NCBI RefSeq assembly: GCF_004010195.1
Contig: NC_057728.1
Location: 48,928,848 to 48,992,847 of the forward strand
Length of the DNA: 64,000 nucleotides
Direction: 5' to 3'
Source: Chiloscyllium plagiosum
Taxonomy: Eukaryota
Numbering within the stretch: the first letter of the stretch is position 1; every line of letters starts with the position of its first letter. Both the position numbers and the translations under genes were made by a program. The notes under the pieces are model-generated. The model ran no database searches and was not told where the DNA came from. It was given only the letters and a program-made list of their open reading frames with translations. Positions 51,635 through 64,000 of this stretch are shown piece by piece.

Positions 51635-53800
51635 GTGGGGCCAGCGACCATAATTCAATTAGTTTCAAAAGAGTGTTGGAAAAGGATAGACCGGATCTAA
51701 AAGTTGAAGTTCTAAATTGGAAAGAGGCCAGTTTTGATGGCACCAGGCAAGAACTTTCACAAGTTGATTGGGGGAGGATGGTCGCAGATAAAGAGACGAC
51801 TGGAAAATGGGAAGCCTTCAAAAATGAGATAACTAAAGTCCAGAGACAATATGTTCCTGTTAGGGTGAAAGGCAAAGCTGATAGCTGTAGGGAATGCTGG
51901 ATGACTAGAGATATTGAGGTTTTGGTGAAGAAAAAGGAAGCATATGTCAGGTACAGACAGCAGAGTATACTTAAGAGGGAAATCAGGAGGTCAAAAAGGG
52001 AACAAGAGATAGCTTTGGCAAATAGGGTTAAGGAGAATCCAAACGGTTTTCACAAATACATTAAGGACAAAAGGCTAACGCAGGAGAGAATGAGGCCCCT
52101 CCAAGATCAGCAAGGCAACTTTTGTATGGGGGAGATACTAAACGAGTATTTTGCATCAGTATTTACTGTGGAAAAAGGCATGAAAGATATAGAACATGGA
52201 GAAATAGATGTTGACATCTTGAAAAATGTTCATATTACAGAGGTGGTGGTGCTGGATGTGCAGAAATTCCCAGGACCTAATCAGGTGTACCCTAGAACTC
52301 TGTGGAAAGCTGGGGAAGTGATTGTTGAGTCCCCTGCTGAGATATTTGTATCATTGATAGTCACAGGTAAGGTGCCAGAAGACTGGAGGTTGGATAATAT
52401 GGTGCCAGCATTTAAGAAGAGTGACAAGGAAAAGCCAGGGAACTATAGACCAGTGAGCCTGACATCGTGGTGGGCAAGTTGTTGGAGGGAATCCTGAAGG
52501 ATAGGATGTACATGTACTTGGAAAGGCAAGGTCTAATTAGGGATAATCAACACACCTTTGTGCATGGAAAATCATGTCTCACCAATCTGATTGAGCTTTT
52601 TGAACAAGTAATGAAGAGGATTGTGAGGGCAGAGTGTGTACATGATCCATATGGACTTCAGTAAGGCTTTCGACAAGGTTCCTCATGGTAGACTGGCTAG
52701 CACGGTTAGATCGCATGGAATACAGGGAGAACTAGCCATTTGGATACAGAACTGGCGCAAAGGTAGAAGACAGAGGGTGGTGGTGAAAGGTTGCCTTTCA
52801 GACTGGAGGCCTGTGACCAGTGGAGTGTCATGAGGATCGGTGCTGGGTAAACTACTTTTCGTCTTTGAAATAAATGATTTGGATGTGAACATCAGAGGTA
52901 TAGTTAGCAAGTTTGCAGATGACACCAAAATTGGTGGTGTAGCGGACAGCAAAGGAGGTTACCTCAGAGTAACAGGATCTTGATTAGATGGGCCAAGGAG
53001 TGGCAGATGGAATTTAAGATAGGTAAATGTGAGGTGCTGCATTTTGAAAAGGCAAATCAGGGCAGGACTTATACACTTAATGGTAAGGTCCTAGGGAGTT
53101 GCGCTGAACAAAGAAACCTTGGAGTGCAGGTTCATTGCTCCTTGAAAGTGGAGACGCAGGTAGATAGGATAATGAAAGCGGCATATGGTATGCTTTCCTT
53201 CATTGGTCAGAGCACCGAGTACAGGAGTTCAGAAGTCATTTTTCGGCCATACAGGACATTAGTTTGGAACATTGTGTGTAATTCTGGTCTCCCTCCTGTT
53301 GAAAGGATGCTGTGAAACTTGAAATGGTTCAGAAAAGATTTACAAGGGTGCTGCCAGGGTTGGAGGATTTGAGCTATAGGGAGAGGCTGAATTGGCTGAG
53401 GCTATTTTCCTTGGAGCATCAGAGGCTGAGGGGCATTCTTATAGAGGCTTACAAAATCATGAGAGGCATGGACAGGATAAATAGACAAAGTCTTTTCTCT
53501 GGCTGGGGGAAAGTCCAGAACTAGAGGGCATAGGTTTAGGGTGAGAGGTGAAAAATTTAAAAGAGACCTATGGGGCAACCTTTTTACACAGAGGGTGGTG
53601 CACGTATGGAATAAGCTGCCAGGGGAAGTGGTGGAGTCTAGTACAATTAACATTTAAAAGACATCTGGATGGGTATATGAAGAGGAAGGGTTTCGAGGAA
53701 TATGGACCAAGTGCTGATAAATGGGACTAGATTAGTTTAGGACATCATGGACGAGTTGGACCGAAGGGTCTGTTTCCATGCTGTACATCTCTAAGACTCT
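51635..53800 (+). mobile_element. HER1/CR1 LINE ORF2 (end of APE, RT, tail), frameshifted
   Basis: ASDHN, PGNYRPVSLT, MDFSKAFDKVPH, KFADDTK and QKRFTR; same family as 23848-27155. Confidence 0.95.
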
Positions 53801-53994
53801 CAACTCTACATTTTCTAGCATAATGCAGATTTCTTGACTGGCGCTCCTTCCCCCAAACTATTTGTTCACTCACACCCTACTTTAATCAGTTGGAAATATG
53901 TTGCTGATCCTTCATATTATGCTGTGTCAAAATCCTGGATCTCTCCAGCTATTAAATGCAGAAATGCAGAAAAGTGAATCATAACCATCTTGAA

Positions 53995-54270
53995 ACTTGA
54001 ACACACGCAACAACAGGTTCAAGAACAGCCTTTTCTCTGTTGTTATTAGACTGATGAATGAAATCTCTAACTTCAAATAATGTTGATCTTGCTAATGTTG
54101 ATCTTGCTTTGTGCACCTCCTGTGCAGTGTAACCTGTATGCCTCACTCTGTTGAAGCACCCTTTGATCTTAATTTCCTTGTTTGCTGTGATCGTCCCGTT
54201 CTGCTTGCAAAATAAATTTTTTAAACTGTACCTAGGTACATGTGATTACAACAAATCAAACCAAACCAAA
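53995..54270 (+). mobile_element. Rex1/Babar-like LINE 3' tail
   Basis: caacaggttcaagaacagc...gttattagactgatgaatg...ggtacatgtga..caaatcaaacc; matches the 19490-20000 family. Confidence 0.65.
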
Positions 54271-55409
54271 CCTTCTCATATGCAATTGGGAATATGCTAA
54301 TATGCTGGCCTATTCAGCAATAGCTACACTGAACATTAGTTCAAGTCCTTTTAAAAAAAAATGTAAAGATTTAGAGCATACATTGATGTAAGTACTTTCA
54401 AACTAAAAACATTTTTATTTGACAGTAATATCTTGGGAAACATGCCAGCCATTCAAAAAGGTTTTGACAATTGCAATAAAACTTAGGAGGAAAGGTGAAT
54501 AAATGCAACTTCAATTCTGCAAACAAATATCAGCTGCGAATACGCTATTCAAGAATTATGCACAGCATTTAATTACCTGGCAATCTAAAGTTAAAACAAA
54601 CATCAAACAACTTTGCAAAACCCAAACTACAGAAACGAATTGAGAGCAAACAGAACCATGTTGTTAAAATATACTCTTAAAAATGTTCACATCGGACTTT
54701 GTACTGATATATTTTCCAGCAAAGAATTCTGATCCCGGCACTGATATCAACTTACTTTTTCATTCAACACAGTCATTACCCCAAAAACATACAGCTATTA
54801 ATGCATTCCTGTGTTTTTACTTCATAATTTTGAAGCAAGTGGATCATGTGGAGAGAATGCTGGGGTATACAATGTTTACTGCACCAGTTTTCACAAACCT
54901 GCCAGAGGAAAAAAGATTAATTGGAGTTTCCAGATTTACAGAAACTTTTCTAATGTGTTTAAAGTCTGCAAAACAAGGAGACAGAAAACGACAGCACAAA
55001 GAATGCCCTTTATTCAGTTTTCGAAAAAAACAGCATGGGAAAGAAAGTATGTGAATATTTTTGTTTGAAGAACGGTCCCTGCTTGCGCTGAATAATTGAC
55101 TTTTTTCATTGTTGGTTCATCACCCACATTCCGACTCTCTTCTCTGACCTCAAATTGAACCCTTGGATCTCATGTCCTGTTTTATGCAAACATACAACCA
55201 TCAAATCACAACATTCCATAATGCCCAACTCTCTCTCAGGATTTGAAAATGACTCTCAATAACAGAAAAATCTTCTTCGACACACTTCCCTGTTGTTTTA
55301 AAGACATCTGAAAGAAAATCCCTGTCAGTTAGGGAACCCTCTTCTCACCTTTTAAGCTTCTCTCTCTTCCATGACCTGATTTTGCCTTTCCTCTCAACTC
55401 TACCATGTA

Positions 55410-56130
55410 TAAGACATAGAAGCGACAGTAGGCCATTCAGCCCATCAAATCTGCTTACCACTCAAGACTGTCCTAGTGATTCTTAAATCCATTTTCCTAC
55501 CTTTTCCACATAACCCTTGATTCTCTTACTAATTAAAATCTGTCCATCTCAGCCTCAAATGTGCTCAACAACGCAACTCTACAGCCCTCTGTGGTAAATA
55601 ATTTCACAGATTCACCACCGTCTGACTGAAAACTTTCCTCAATTATTTTAACCCTGATTCTGAGATTATGCCCTCCAGTCCTGAATTTTCCTGGGGAAAG
55701 CAATCTCTTCACAACTGCACTTTCAAATCCCATAAGAATCTTATAATGTTCCAATAAGGTCGCCTCTTGTTCTTCTTAACTTCAGTGAGTACAGGCACCA
55801 CCAACCCAACCTCTCCTGAAAGAATAATCCCTCAATACCCAGGAGCAACCCTGGGGACCTTCTCTACTGCTTTCAATGCCCGAGATAAAAGAGATCAAAC
55901 TGTTCACAGCATTCTAGTTGTGGTCTGATTAATGCAGTGGATAGTTTTAGAAGACTTCTCTATTTTTATATTCAATTTCCTTTGAAGCAAAAGCCAACAT
56001 TCCATTTGCCCCCCCTATTACATGCTGAAGCTGTTCGTTAACTTTTGGTGATTTGTGCACGAGAACACCCAAATATAGTCCTGAATGTCACTAACTCTCT
56101 GAACTTTCCCTTTTTGTTCCTTAATGCAAA
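55410..56130 (-). mobile_element. Degraded CR1-type LINE 3' part
   Basis: Reverse tail ataagacatagaagc..gtaggccattcagccc; YKILMGF and RTGGHNLRIR remnants. Confidence 0.75.
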
Positions 56131-56789
56131 CACACCACCTTACATTATCTTCCTCTTTTCTGCAATCTGAATATCAAAATCAAGACTCGTCACAGTGCGC
56201 CCTCATCAAACTTGTTTCTCTAAAAAGTGAAACTGCTCACTTACTTTTCTCATACTATCTTTATATTTTTAAAAGAAAACAACTATATGAGGTAATCACC
56301 ACTTCCTGATTTCTGGACCTGACCTTTCAACCTTAGCAACCTCTACAATGAGCTGTATATCATCACTTTGGTTCAATAATTTTAAAAAAGACGGTTGTTA
56401 CACAGTGCCTCTGGGATTAGGGAGGTGCAGATTATCTATGACAAAATGAAAACCACGCCTTATCGAAAAATAGCCAAATGGAAAGAAAATGTAGAATATA
56501 ACACGGTGAAACATATCATTGGAGGCTACCATTACCTCTTGCTATGTAAATAAGGCAAATTAGATCACTCTCAACTTTTGTTGAAATGATACACCTAACA
56601 AATGTCAGTGTTGAACACACACTATCTGCTGCTTGGCTTCTGGTTACCCCCACTTAAGAAACACATCTTCCAAAGAGATAAAATACTCAATACCAACTTA
56701 TTTTCTGCAACCCACAAAAATGCACATATTTGGACAAAGAACCTACAGCATAAAACTGTAGGAACACGGAACTGATTTATTAAACTAGG

Positions 56790-56957
56790 TTTTACAGGGT
56801 TAATGGTAGGGTTCTTACAGGGTTAATGGTACGGTTCTTAGTCAGGTGGAGGGACAGAGGGATCTTGGGGTCTATGTACATAGATCTTTGAAGGTTGCCA
56901 CTCAGGTGGATAGAGTTTGTAAGAAGGCCTATGGAGTGTTCTATGTTCTATGTTCTA
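56790..56957 (+). mobile_element. Short CR1 fragment with a 23-bp tandem duplication, joined directly to a (ttctatg)n tail
   Basis: ttacagggttaatggta(g/c)ggttc occurs twice; cagagggatcttggggtc...; gttctatgttctatgttcta. Confidence 0.6.
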
Positions 56958-57614
56958 GGTCAAACTCCCAAAACATATTTTGCTTATCCAGGTTAAATAG
57001 AGCATAAAGAATTCACTAAAAGGACTGGGATACATCAACAGCATCATTAATAAGTTATTTATTGCACAAGAATCTATCTCAAATATTTGCAGATCAGAAA
57101 CATCGGTAAATACATCCTTTCAGTTCCAACCAGGAGCTTTCAGAAAGGTTAGAGAAAGGGAATAAAACTGATATCGTCGTCTCCTGTATCTGAAAACCAA
57201 GGAATGCTACTGGGTTACACCTGGCCTGATGACAGAAAGCAAATGCATAAAATCTTTGACCTGTCAATGAGTGAAGAACATCCTGATATCATCACAAAGG
57301 GTTCACTGCAATATGCTCTGGGAAGGCTTAGAGGAGAACTGCAGGAGAATTAACAGGGAGAAATAAATAGACAAAGTGTGTCCTAAGTATCCCTGGGAGA
57401 ACAACAGCATTTGCTCACTATTCTGGTTGCTAAAATATGCTGGTCCAAGAGGAAGTAAAAGTATTAACCACTTGATGGACACCTCATAGTACACTTGTGA
57501 AGTCAATGACCACAACAATAAACAATAGCAATATACCAGTAGGTACCTAATCAATAGAATTGATGGACATGCACAACTATCAGAATCTCTCAACTGATGA
57601 GTTTACAATCGATA

Positions 57615-58735
57615 TTCTCATGGAATACAGGAAGAACTAGCCATTTGCATACAGAACATGCTCAAAGGTAGAAGACAGAGGATGGGGTAGTTGAGGGTTG
57701 CTTTTCAAATTGGAGGCCTGTGACCAATGGAGTGCCACAAGGATTGGTTCAGGGTCTACTACTTTTCATCATTTATAAAAATGATTTGGACGTGAACATA
57801 GGAGGTATAGTTAGTAAGTTTGCAGATGGCACCAAAATTGGAGATGTAGTGGACAGCGAAGGTTACCTCAGAGTACAATGGGATCTTGATCAGATAGGCC
57901 AATGGGCTGAGGAGTGGCAGATGGATATTAAATTTAGATAAATGCGAAGCGTTGCATTTTGGAAAAGTAGATCAGAGCAGGACTTATATACTTAATGGTA
58001 AGGTCCTAGGGAGGGTTGCTGAACAAAGAGACTTTGGAGTGCAGGTTCATAGTTCATTGAAAGTAGAGTCGAAGGTAGATAGGATGGTAAAGGAGGTGTT
58101 TGGTATGCTTTCCTTTATTGGTCAGAGTATTGAGTACAGGAGTTGGGTGGTCATGTTACAGCTATACAGGACATTGGTCAGGCCACTTTTGGAATATTAT
58201 GAGCAATTCTGGTCTCCTTCCTATCAGAAAGATGTTGTGAAAGTTGAAAGGGTTCAGAAAACATTTACAAGAATGTTGCCAGGGTTGAAGAATTTGAGCT
58301 ATCGGGAGAGGCCGAATAAGCTGGAGATGTTTTTCCTGGGGCGTCGGAGACCGAGGGGTGGCCTTATAGAGATTTATAAAATCATGAGGGGCACGGATAG
58401 GATAAATTGACAAAGTCTTTTCCCTGGGTTGGGGGGAGTCAGAACTAGAGGGCATAGGTTTAGGATGAAAGCGGAAAGATATAAAAGAGCCATAAGGGGC
58501 AACTTTTTCACACAGAGGGTGCTGCATGTATGGAATGAGCTACTGGAGTAAGTGATGGAGGCTGCTACAATTGCAGCATTTAAAAAGCATCTGGCTGGTG
58601 AAATGAATAGGAAGAGTTTGGAGAGCTATGAGCCAAGTGCCGGCAAGTGGGACTAGATTAGGTTAGGGGTCTGGGCAGCATGGACGAGTTAGACCAAAAG
58701 ATCTGTTTCCGCGTTGTACATCTCTATGACTCTAT
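57615..58735 (+). mobile_element. HER1/CR1 LINE RT to 3' tail
   Basis: GVPQG, KFADGTK and VQKTFTRMLPG; tail ctctatgactctat. Confidence 0.93.
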
Positions 58736-59610
58736 GCAGTAAAATGTAGACAGAAACACAATCAGCCAGGGATGCATTTCATCACTCGGATAGGAGAATG
58801 TTAGATCTTCATAACCTTTACAAACATTTATACTGACTTACCTCTTTTTCTACAGAGAAGTTAGTGGGCCTGAAAGCACCTAAGTGTATTTTACAATGTT
58901 TCCACGATAATTATTACAACTTACTTAGAATATAGAGCAGAGAAACAGGACATTTAACTCATATGAGACTTTGGTGAGACTCTGCGAAGGAATCCAAGTA
59001 TGCACCAAAAAACAACCCTAATTTCAGTCCAGATAAATGATAAATGGGAGTGGTTAAGCAGTGCTTAGCTAATTATAACGCATTGCTAAATACAGCACTA
59101 TATTTATATTTAGTTTATCAGCCGTCCAAGTCTTATGATTGAGATAATTAAAACTAATCCAGAGTTGAATACAATTGTTACTGAAACAGCATAATTTTGT
59201 AAACAGAAGGCCAACGAAAATTACATTTTAATATGCTCGAGCAAATTTACCAAAATAACTATCGTATTTTCACGACAGAATGACTACAGTTGAGAAACAC
59301 TTAGTTCTGAAATAATTTTGATTGATAAAGTCACAAGTTTTGAAATTTCCAGAGTAGAATAAACTCCACTGTATTCCACAATTTCCTATTAAATGTTTTT
59401 TTACAATTTATCAAAAAATCTTTTGACTCAATCTACAATGAGGACTATTATAAGCTTAGGGCCACTTATAACAGTTGCAGTTACCATTAATAACTATTTG
59501 AAAGCTCCTTCTCAAAGGCAAATAAATTTACTTCCACACCATACCCTGAAGCACATCACTCCAGAGAAGTCAGTCAGAAACGTACATTGCTTTAGATTTT
59601 CAACAAAGAG

Positions 59611-59816
59611 GAGAAAGTGAGGTCTGCAGATGCTGGAGATCAAAGTTGAAACTTTATTGCTGGAACAGCACAGCAGGTCAGGCAGCATCCAGGGAAGCGG
59701 GAGAGTCTGCTGTAGTAACCAATTCCTACTGATTGTCTCAAAAATAATTGATTTCATGCCAGATTAAGTCTTCTTGACTCATAATCTGCTGTTCCAGCAA
59801 TAAAGTTTCAACCTCA
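59611..59816. mobile_element. PLE family A fold-back (same subfamily as 40195) with unrelated filler at the apex, 15-bp TSD
   Basis: TSD attttcaacaaagag at 59596-59610 and 59817-59831; first ~85 nt identical to the 40195 copy. Confidence 0.88.
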
Positions 59817-60349
59817 ATTTTCAACAAAGAGCCAAACCTTACACTTGAACTTTAAATCAATTATCCAGTATTTTGATGCAAGACAATTGTTAAATTTCAT
59901 TCAATTCATTGCAAGTACAGCTCAGCATAAATCTTTCAGTGTTAAACACAAACATGCAAGGTATCAATTTTTGCGTTCTGCATAATTATTTTCTATAAAA
60001 CAGAGTAGGCTATATTACCCTTGGAGTCTGCTCGATCATTCAATATCATGGCTGGTCATCCTACTGGGTAGCCTGTTCACGCTTTTTGCACCATATCATT
60101 TAAGATGCAAGTGATATTTATCTGGGATTGAGTTTCAGAAAAGCAAATTGCTTAGAAAAAGGTTGAATCTTTGTTGTTTTTATGTAAAGATCCTTTCAAT
60201 TGACTCGCACATATACCTCCTAATTTTTATTCCTGTAGCACAGACCTCCAAGTTCCATAAGTGGCAGTGGCTTCCAGAACCATAAATTAAAGTGTAAACA
60301 CTCCAATCAGCATGCATGGAACCTCCAAGCTGCTGCACGGCTCAAAACA

Positions 60350-61250
60350 CTTCTCAACCTCCTGCGTTTCACTGTAAAACCGAACCTTCAGCTAAGGGAA
60401 GCAAGTGCTTTTTGTTCACCCTGTCCATGTCCCTCATAATCTCATATATCCCTATCAGAACTATCTCAACAGATCTATCTTCTCTACTCCAAAGGCAACA
60501 ACCTCTCTTCAAAGCTTAAATGCTCCAGCCTAGACAAGACCTGGTAAATGCCCTCTACATCTGCTCCTGTGCTATTACATTACTCCTATAGTGTGGTAAC
60601 CAGAACTGCACAAAGTTAGCTATGACTTAACCGAAGTCCTGTGCAGCTCCAACATAACATCTGCTCTTATAATCTATGCCACGACTGATGTACATGAAGA
60701 TAAATTTTGGTGGTACTGTGGCTCAGTGGTTAGCACTGTGAGGCAGCAGAGCTAACTAGTGAGCCACAGCGCCAGGGATCCAGGGTCGATTCTAGCCTCA
60801 GGCAACTGTCTTGTGGAATTTGTACATTCTCCCTGTGTTTGCACAGGTTTCCTCTGGGTGCTCTGGTTTCTTCTCACATCTGAAGACGGTGGATTAGGTG
60901 GATTGGCATTTTATGCTAAATTGCCCATAGTGTCCAGGAATGTGCACGCTTGGTGGCTTAGCCATGGGAAATGCAGGGTTAAAGGGAAAGGATATGGGTA
61001 TGGGTATGGGTGGGATCCTCTTCAAAGGGTTGGTGTGGACTCGATGGACCGAATGGCCTACTTCCACACTGTAGAAATTCTATGATTGTTAATGACAAGT
61101 GTCCCATATGCCTTAACTACCATATTAACCAACGCTGCCACATTCAGGGATCTGTGAACAAACACCCAGATCCTTGCGTCCCAGTGTCACTGAGCATTCC
61201 ATTGTCTTGTTTTTTTTTCCAAAGTGCATCACCTCTCACTTATGTCGGGA
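60350..61250 (-). mobile_element. Degraded CR1 (minus) interrupted by an HE1-like SINE (+, ~60708-61087)
   Basis: Reverse CR1 motifs (ccagaactgcac, ttccaaagtgcatcacctc); SINE head gtggctcagtggttagcac and V-domain. Confidence 0.75.
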
Positions 61251-61462
61251 TCATAAAGATGAATCTTTAGCATGGTAACAGCCCTGACTAATGCAATGGC
61301 CTTCCTACTCTTCCTTTAATAATTCAAGCCCATTAAAGAAGAAAGATTGACAGTTACGACAAATAGTGTTAACCATACATCTCCTGGGGCATCCTACAGT
61401 TGATTAAATATTGAAATGCAATCGCTATTCTAAAGTGAGCACAGTGGAATGGGCTATTTCAT

Positions 61463-61597
61463 GGAGAAAGTGAGGACAGCAGATGCTGGAGATCAGCGTC
61501 AAGAAGTGTGTTGCTGGAAAAGCACAGCAGGTTAGGTAGCATCCGAGGAGCAGGACAGTCGATGTTTCGGGCATAAACCCTTCATCAGGAATGTGGG
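61463..61597 (-). mobile_element. PLE family A 3' end with a hammerhead motif on the minus strand (61557-61592)
   Basis: Minus strand: attc-CTGATGA-a-gggt-ttat-gccc-GAAA-ca-TC-gact ... ccagcatctgctgtcctcactttctcc. Confidence 0.8.
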
Positions 61598-61811
61598 AGC
61601 AGCCCCTGAGAATGTGTATAGGGTGTAAGCAGGTAGGGACAGAGTTAAGTTCTGGGTTTTGTGAAACAAGAGGTTCAGCTGAGCATGACTCAGATCAGAT
61701 AAGAACTTGCAGTTAACAATGGGGTGTTGGTGGCAATGGTAATGGGTTAACAAAGTGGAAAAGCATTCATTATGTAGAGCCATTTAACAATATTGGAAGA
61801 TTCAGTATGTA

Positions 61812-62258
61812 CCTGTTGGAGTTCTTTGAAGAAGTGACCTAGTGGATGTGGTCTACCTAGATTTTCAAAAGGCCTTTGATAAGGTGCCACACGGGAGGCT
61901 GCTGAGCAAGGTGAGGGCCCATGGTGTTTGAGGTGAGCTACTGGTATGGATTGAGGATTGGTTGTCTGACAGAAGGCAGAGAGTTAGGATAAAAGATTCT
62001 TTTTCAGAATGGCAGCTAGTGATAAGTGGTGCCCTGGAGGGTTCAGTGTTGGGGGCGCAGCTGTTCACTTTATATATTAATGATCTGGATGAAGGGACTG
62101 GGGGCATTCTGGTGAAGTTCACTGATGATACGAAGTTAGGCGGACAGGCAGGTAGTACTGAGGAGGTGGGGAGGCTGCAGAAAGATTTAGACAGTTTAGG
62201 AGAGTGGTCCAAGAAATGGCTGATGAAATTCAATGTGAGTAAATGCGAGGTCTTGCAC
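61812..62258 (+). mobile_element. CR1 (second family) RT fragment, very similar to 21985-22389
   Basis: LDFQKAFDKVPH and YINDLDEGTGGILVKFTDDTKLGG. Confidence 0.9.
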
Positions 62259-63289
62259 AATCACCCATGTGCACAGAGACATGCATTCTTGGTCTTCTCT
62301 AGAATAGCAGTTTCTTAATGAATTATATTGTCATTTCACAGGGCGAGCATCCAGATAAGGCAAAATACATATTGATTGGGTGACCGTTACAATCAGCCAG
62401 TGTCAATAGTAAAGATTAAGCCATCTGCTGTTACACAATAGATAATTGGCTTCACGTAATGAATACTTTTCACCTTGTTAAATTGACCTTATAAGATCTC
62501 ATAAGATCTCTTGGATTATCAACGCCATTGATAAGAATCCAATTCTAGATGCCATGTTCATAATGAGGAGGCATGAAGATGGTGACAAAATCCACAATTA
62601 CCAACTGCTTCCGCCATGCTGACTCATTTTCAATGTCTTTTGCGACACAGGATCACCCATTTTACAGCATGAACAAATTGAAAATAAAGGCATTTTGTTT
62701 CCTTATGTACTGATTAATTGTGTTTTTATTTTTTTTGACAGCACATTGCTAGGCAAATCAGGATACATAGGAGCCTTCGCAACTATCTATGGGCAGGTTC
62801 AACTCATCATGATTTCTCTGTAGTTCCAAGTTTACAGATGGTGATGAAGAAACATAGAAACCAGTAACAGCATGAATTAAGACATTCTGCCCTTCAATCC
62901 TATTCAGCTATTTGCACACTCTCAAATTATTATGGTGCAGAAGGCCATCGTGGCTTTACGGTCCTATTATCTTGTGCTAAACTCCTGCCTTTTCCCTATA
63001 TATCTGCACATTATTATCATCAAATAACTATTCAATGCCCTCTTGAATGTCTCAACTGAACCTGCCTACACCTGCAGTGCATCTCACATTCTAACAACTC
63101 GCTACGACAGAAAACCTTTTTCTGCAGATATAGAGGGAAAAGGCAGAAGTTTGGCACTACATAATAAGTCGGTAAAGCCAAGATAGATCGAATGGCCTCC
63201 TGCACCATAATAATTTATAAGTGTGCAAACAGCAGAGTAGGATTGAAGGGCAGAATGTCCAACTCCTGCTCTTACTGGTTTCTATGTTC

Positions 63290-64000
63290 TCCATCACCAC
63301 CTGTAAAGTTGGAATTACAGACAAATCATGATGAGTTGAATCTTCATTTGTACATCACTTTAAGTCTACGCCCTCTTGTTCTTGTTTACAAGCAGAAATA
63401 GTTCCTCCCCATTTACTCTATCCACTCCACTCATGATTTTGAAAGTCTCAATCAGCCACCTTCTCAGCCACCTTCTCTCCAGGGAGAACTGTCCCAACAT
63501 TTTCAATCTATCTTCAATTTAAATTCCTCACACCTGCAATTATTCTAGTAAAATGCTTCAGCAGCCTCTCCAATGCTTTTGAACCTTTTATAATTGGTGC
63601 TCATTCTTACATGATGCTTCTGCAAAGGTCTGCCAAGTGTCTTGTACAAGTTCAACATTATCTCCTTGCTCTTGTACTCTATGCCCCCATAATAAAGTCA
63701 AGAACATAATGCTTCATTTACTGCTCTCTCTCTCCACCTGTCCTGCCACCTTCAATGATGTGTCCACACACACACCCGGGCTCCTCTGCTCCTGCACCCA
63801 CTTAATAATTGTACTCCTCATTTTATATTTTCTTTCAGTGTTATTCCCAAGTTTAATGTCACCTGCAACCTTGGAAAATGTCCATTGCTCGTCTAGACTA
63901 GTAATATACATCAGGAAAAACAAAGGTGTCAATACCAACTGCTCAGGAATGTCACTATAAACCTATCACCAGCCCAAAAAATATCCATTATGCTCTGTTC
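63290..64000 (-). mobile_element. Degraded CR1-type LINE (minus), runs off the right edge
   Basis: Minus-strand remnants PLFFLMYI..LD and SKVAGDIKLG. Confidence 0.7.

Noticed and set aside
58838..58875. Possible minus-strand micro-exon with GAG|gtaagt donor
   Set aside because: Weak acceptor, very short and unsupported; expected by chance.
61812..62258. Segmental duplication of 21985-22389
   Set aside because: Similarity is confined to LINE sequence and the flanks differ; the shared TGA is explicable by CpG decay or subfamily ancestry.

Overview
Vertebrate genomic DNA, very probably a shark (HE1-like V-SINEs, HER1/CR1 LINEs, Deu-domain SINEs), covering the 5' half of FRS2 (FGF receptor substrate 2) on the minus strand. 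Three coding exons (14201-14136, 13545-13359, 1307-1149) encode the myristoylation signal, the PTB domain and the PRTPRTPT motif. A probable 5'UTR exon at 27909-27798 carries several uAUGs. The rest of the CDS lies left of the window; no CpG island or first exon is seen, so the TSS is probably to the right. The rest is intronic and dense in repeats: CR1/L2/Rex-type LINE fragments, SINEs, two pogo/Tigger-like DNA transposon remnants, a 735-nt assembly gap, and a ~5.5 kb (GA/GC)-derived complex tandem array that produces all the long spurious ORFs. The most striking pattern is at least three families of Penelope-like element (PLE) derivatives carrying minimal hammerhead ribozyme motifs. Several are short TSD-flanked fold-back insertions. 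One (40195-40382) is a perfect 62-bp hairpin with an intact hammerhead core at its apex, and two have foreign sequence captured at the apex. Repeat family names were recognised by eye and not checked by database search.
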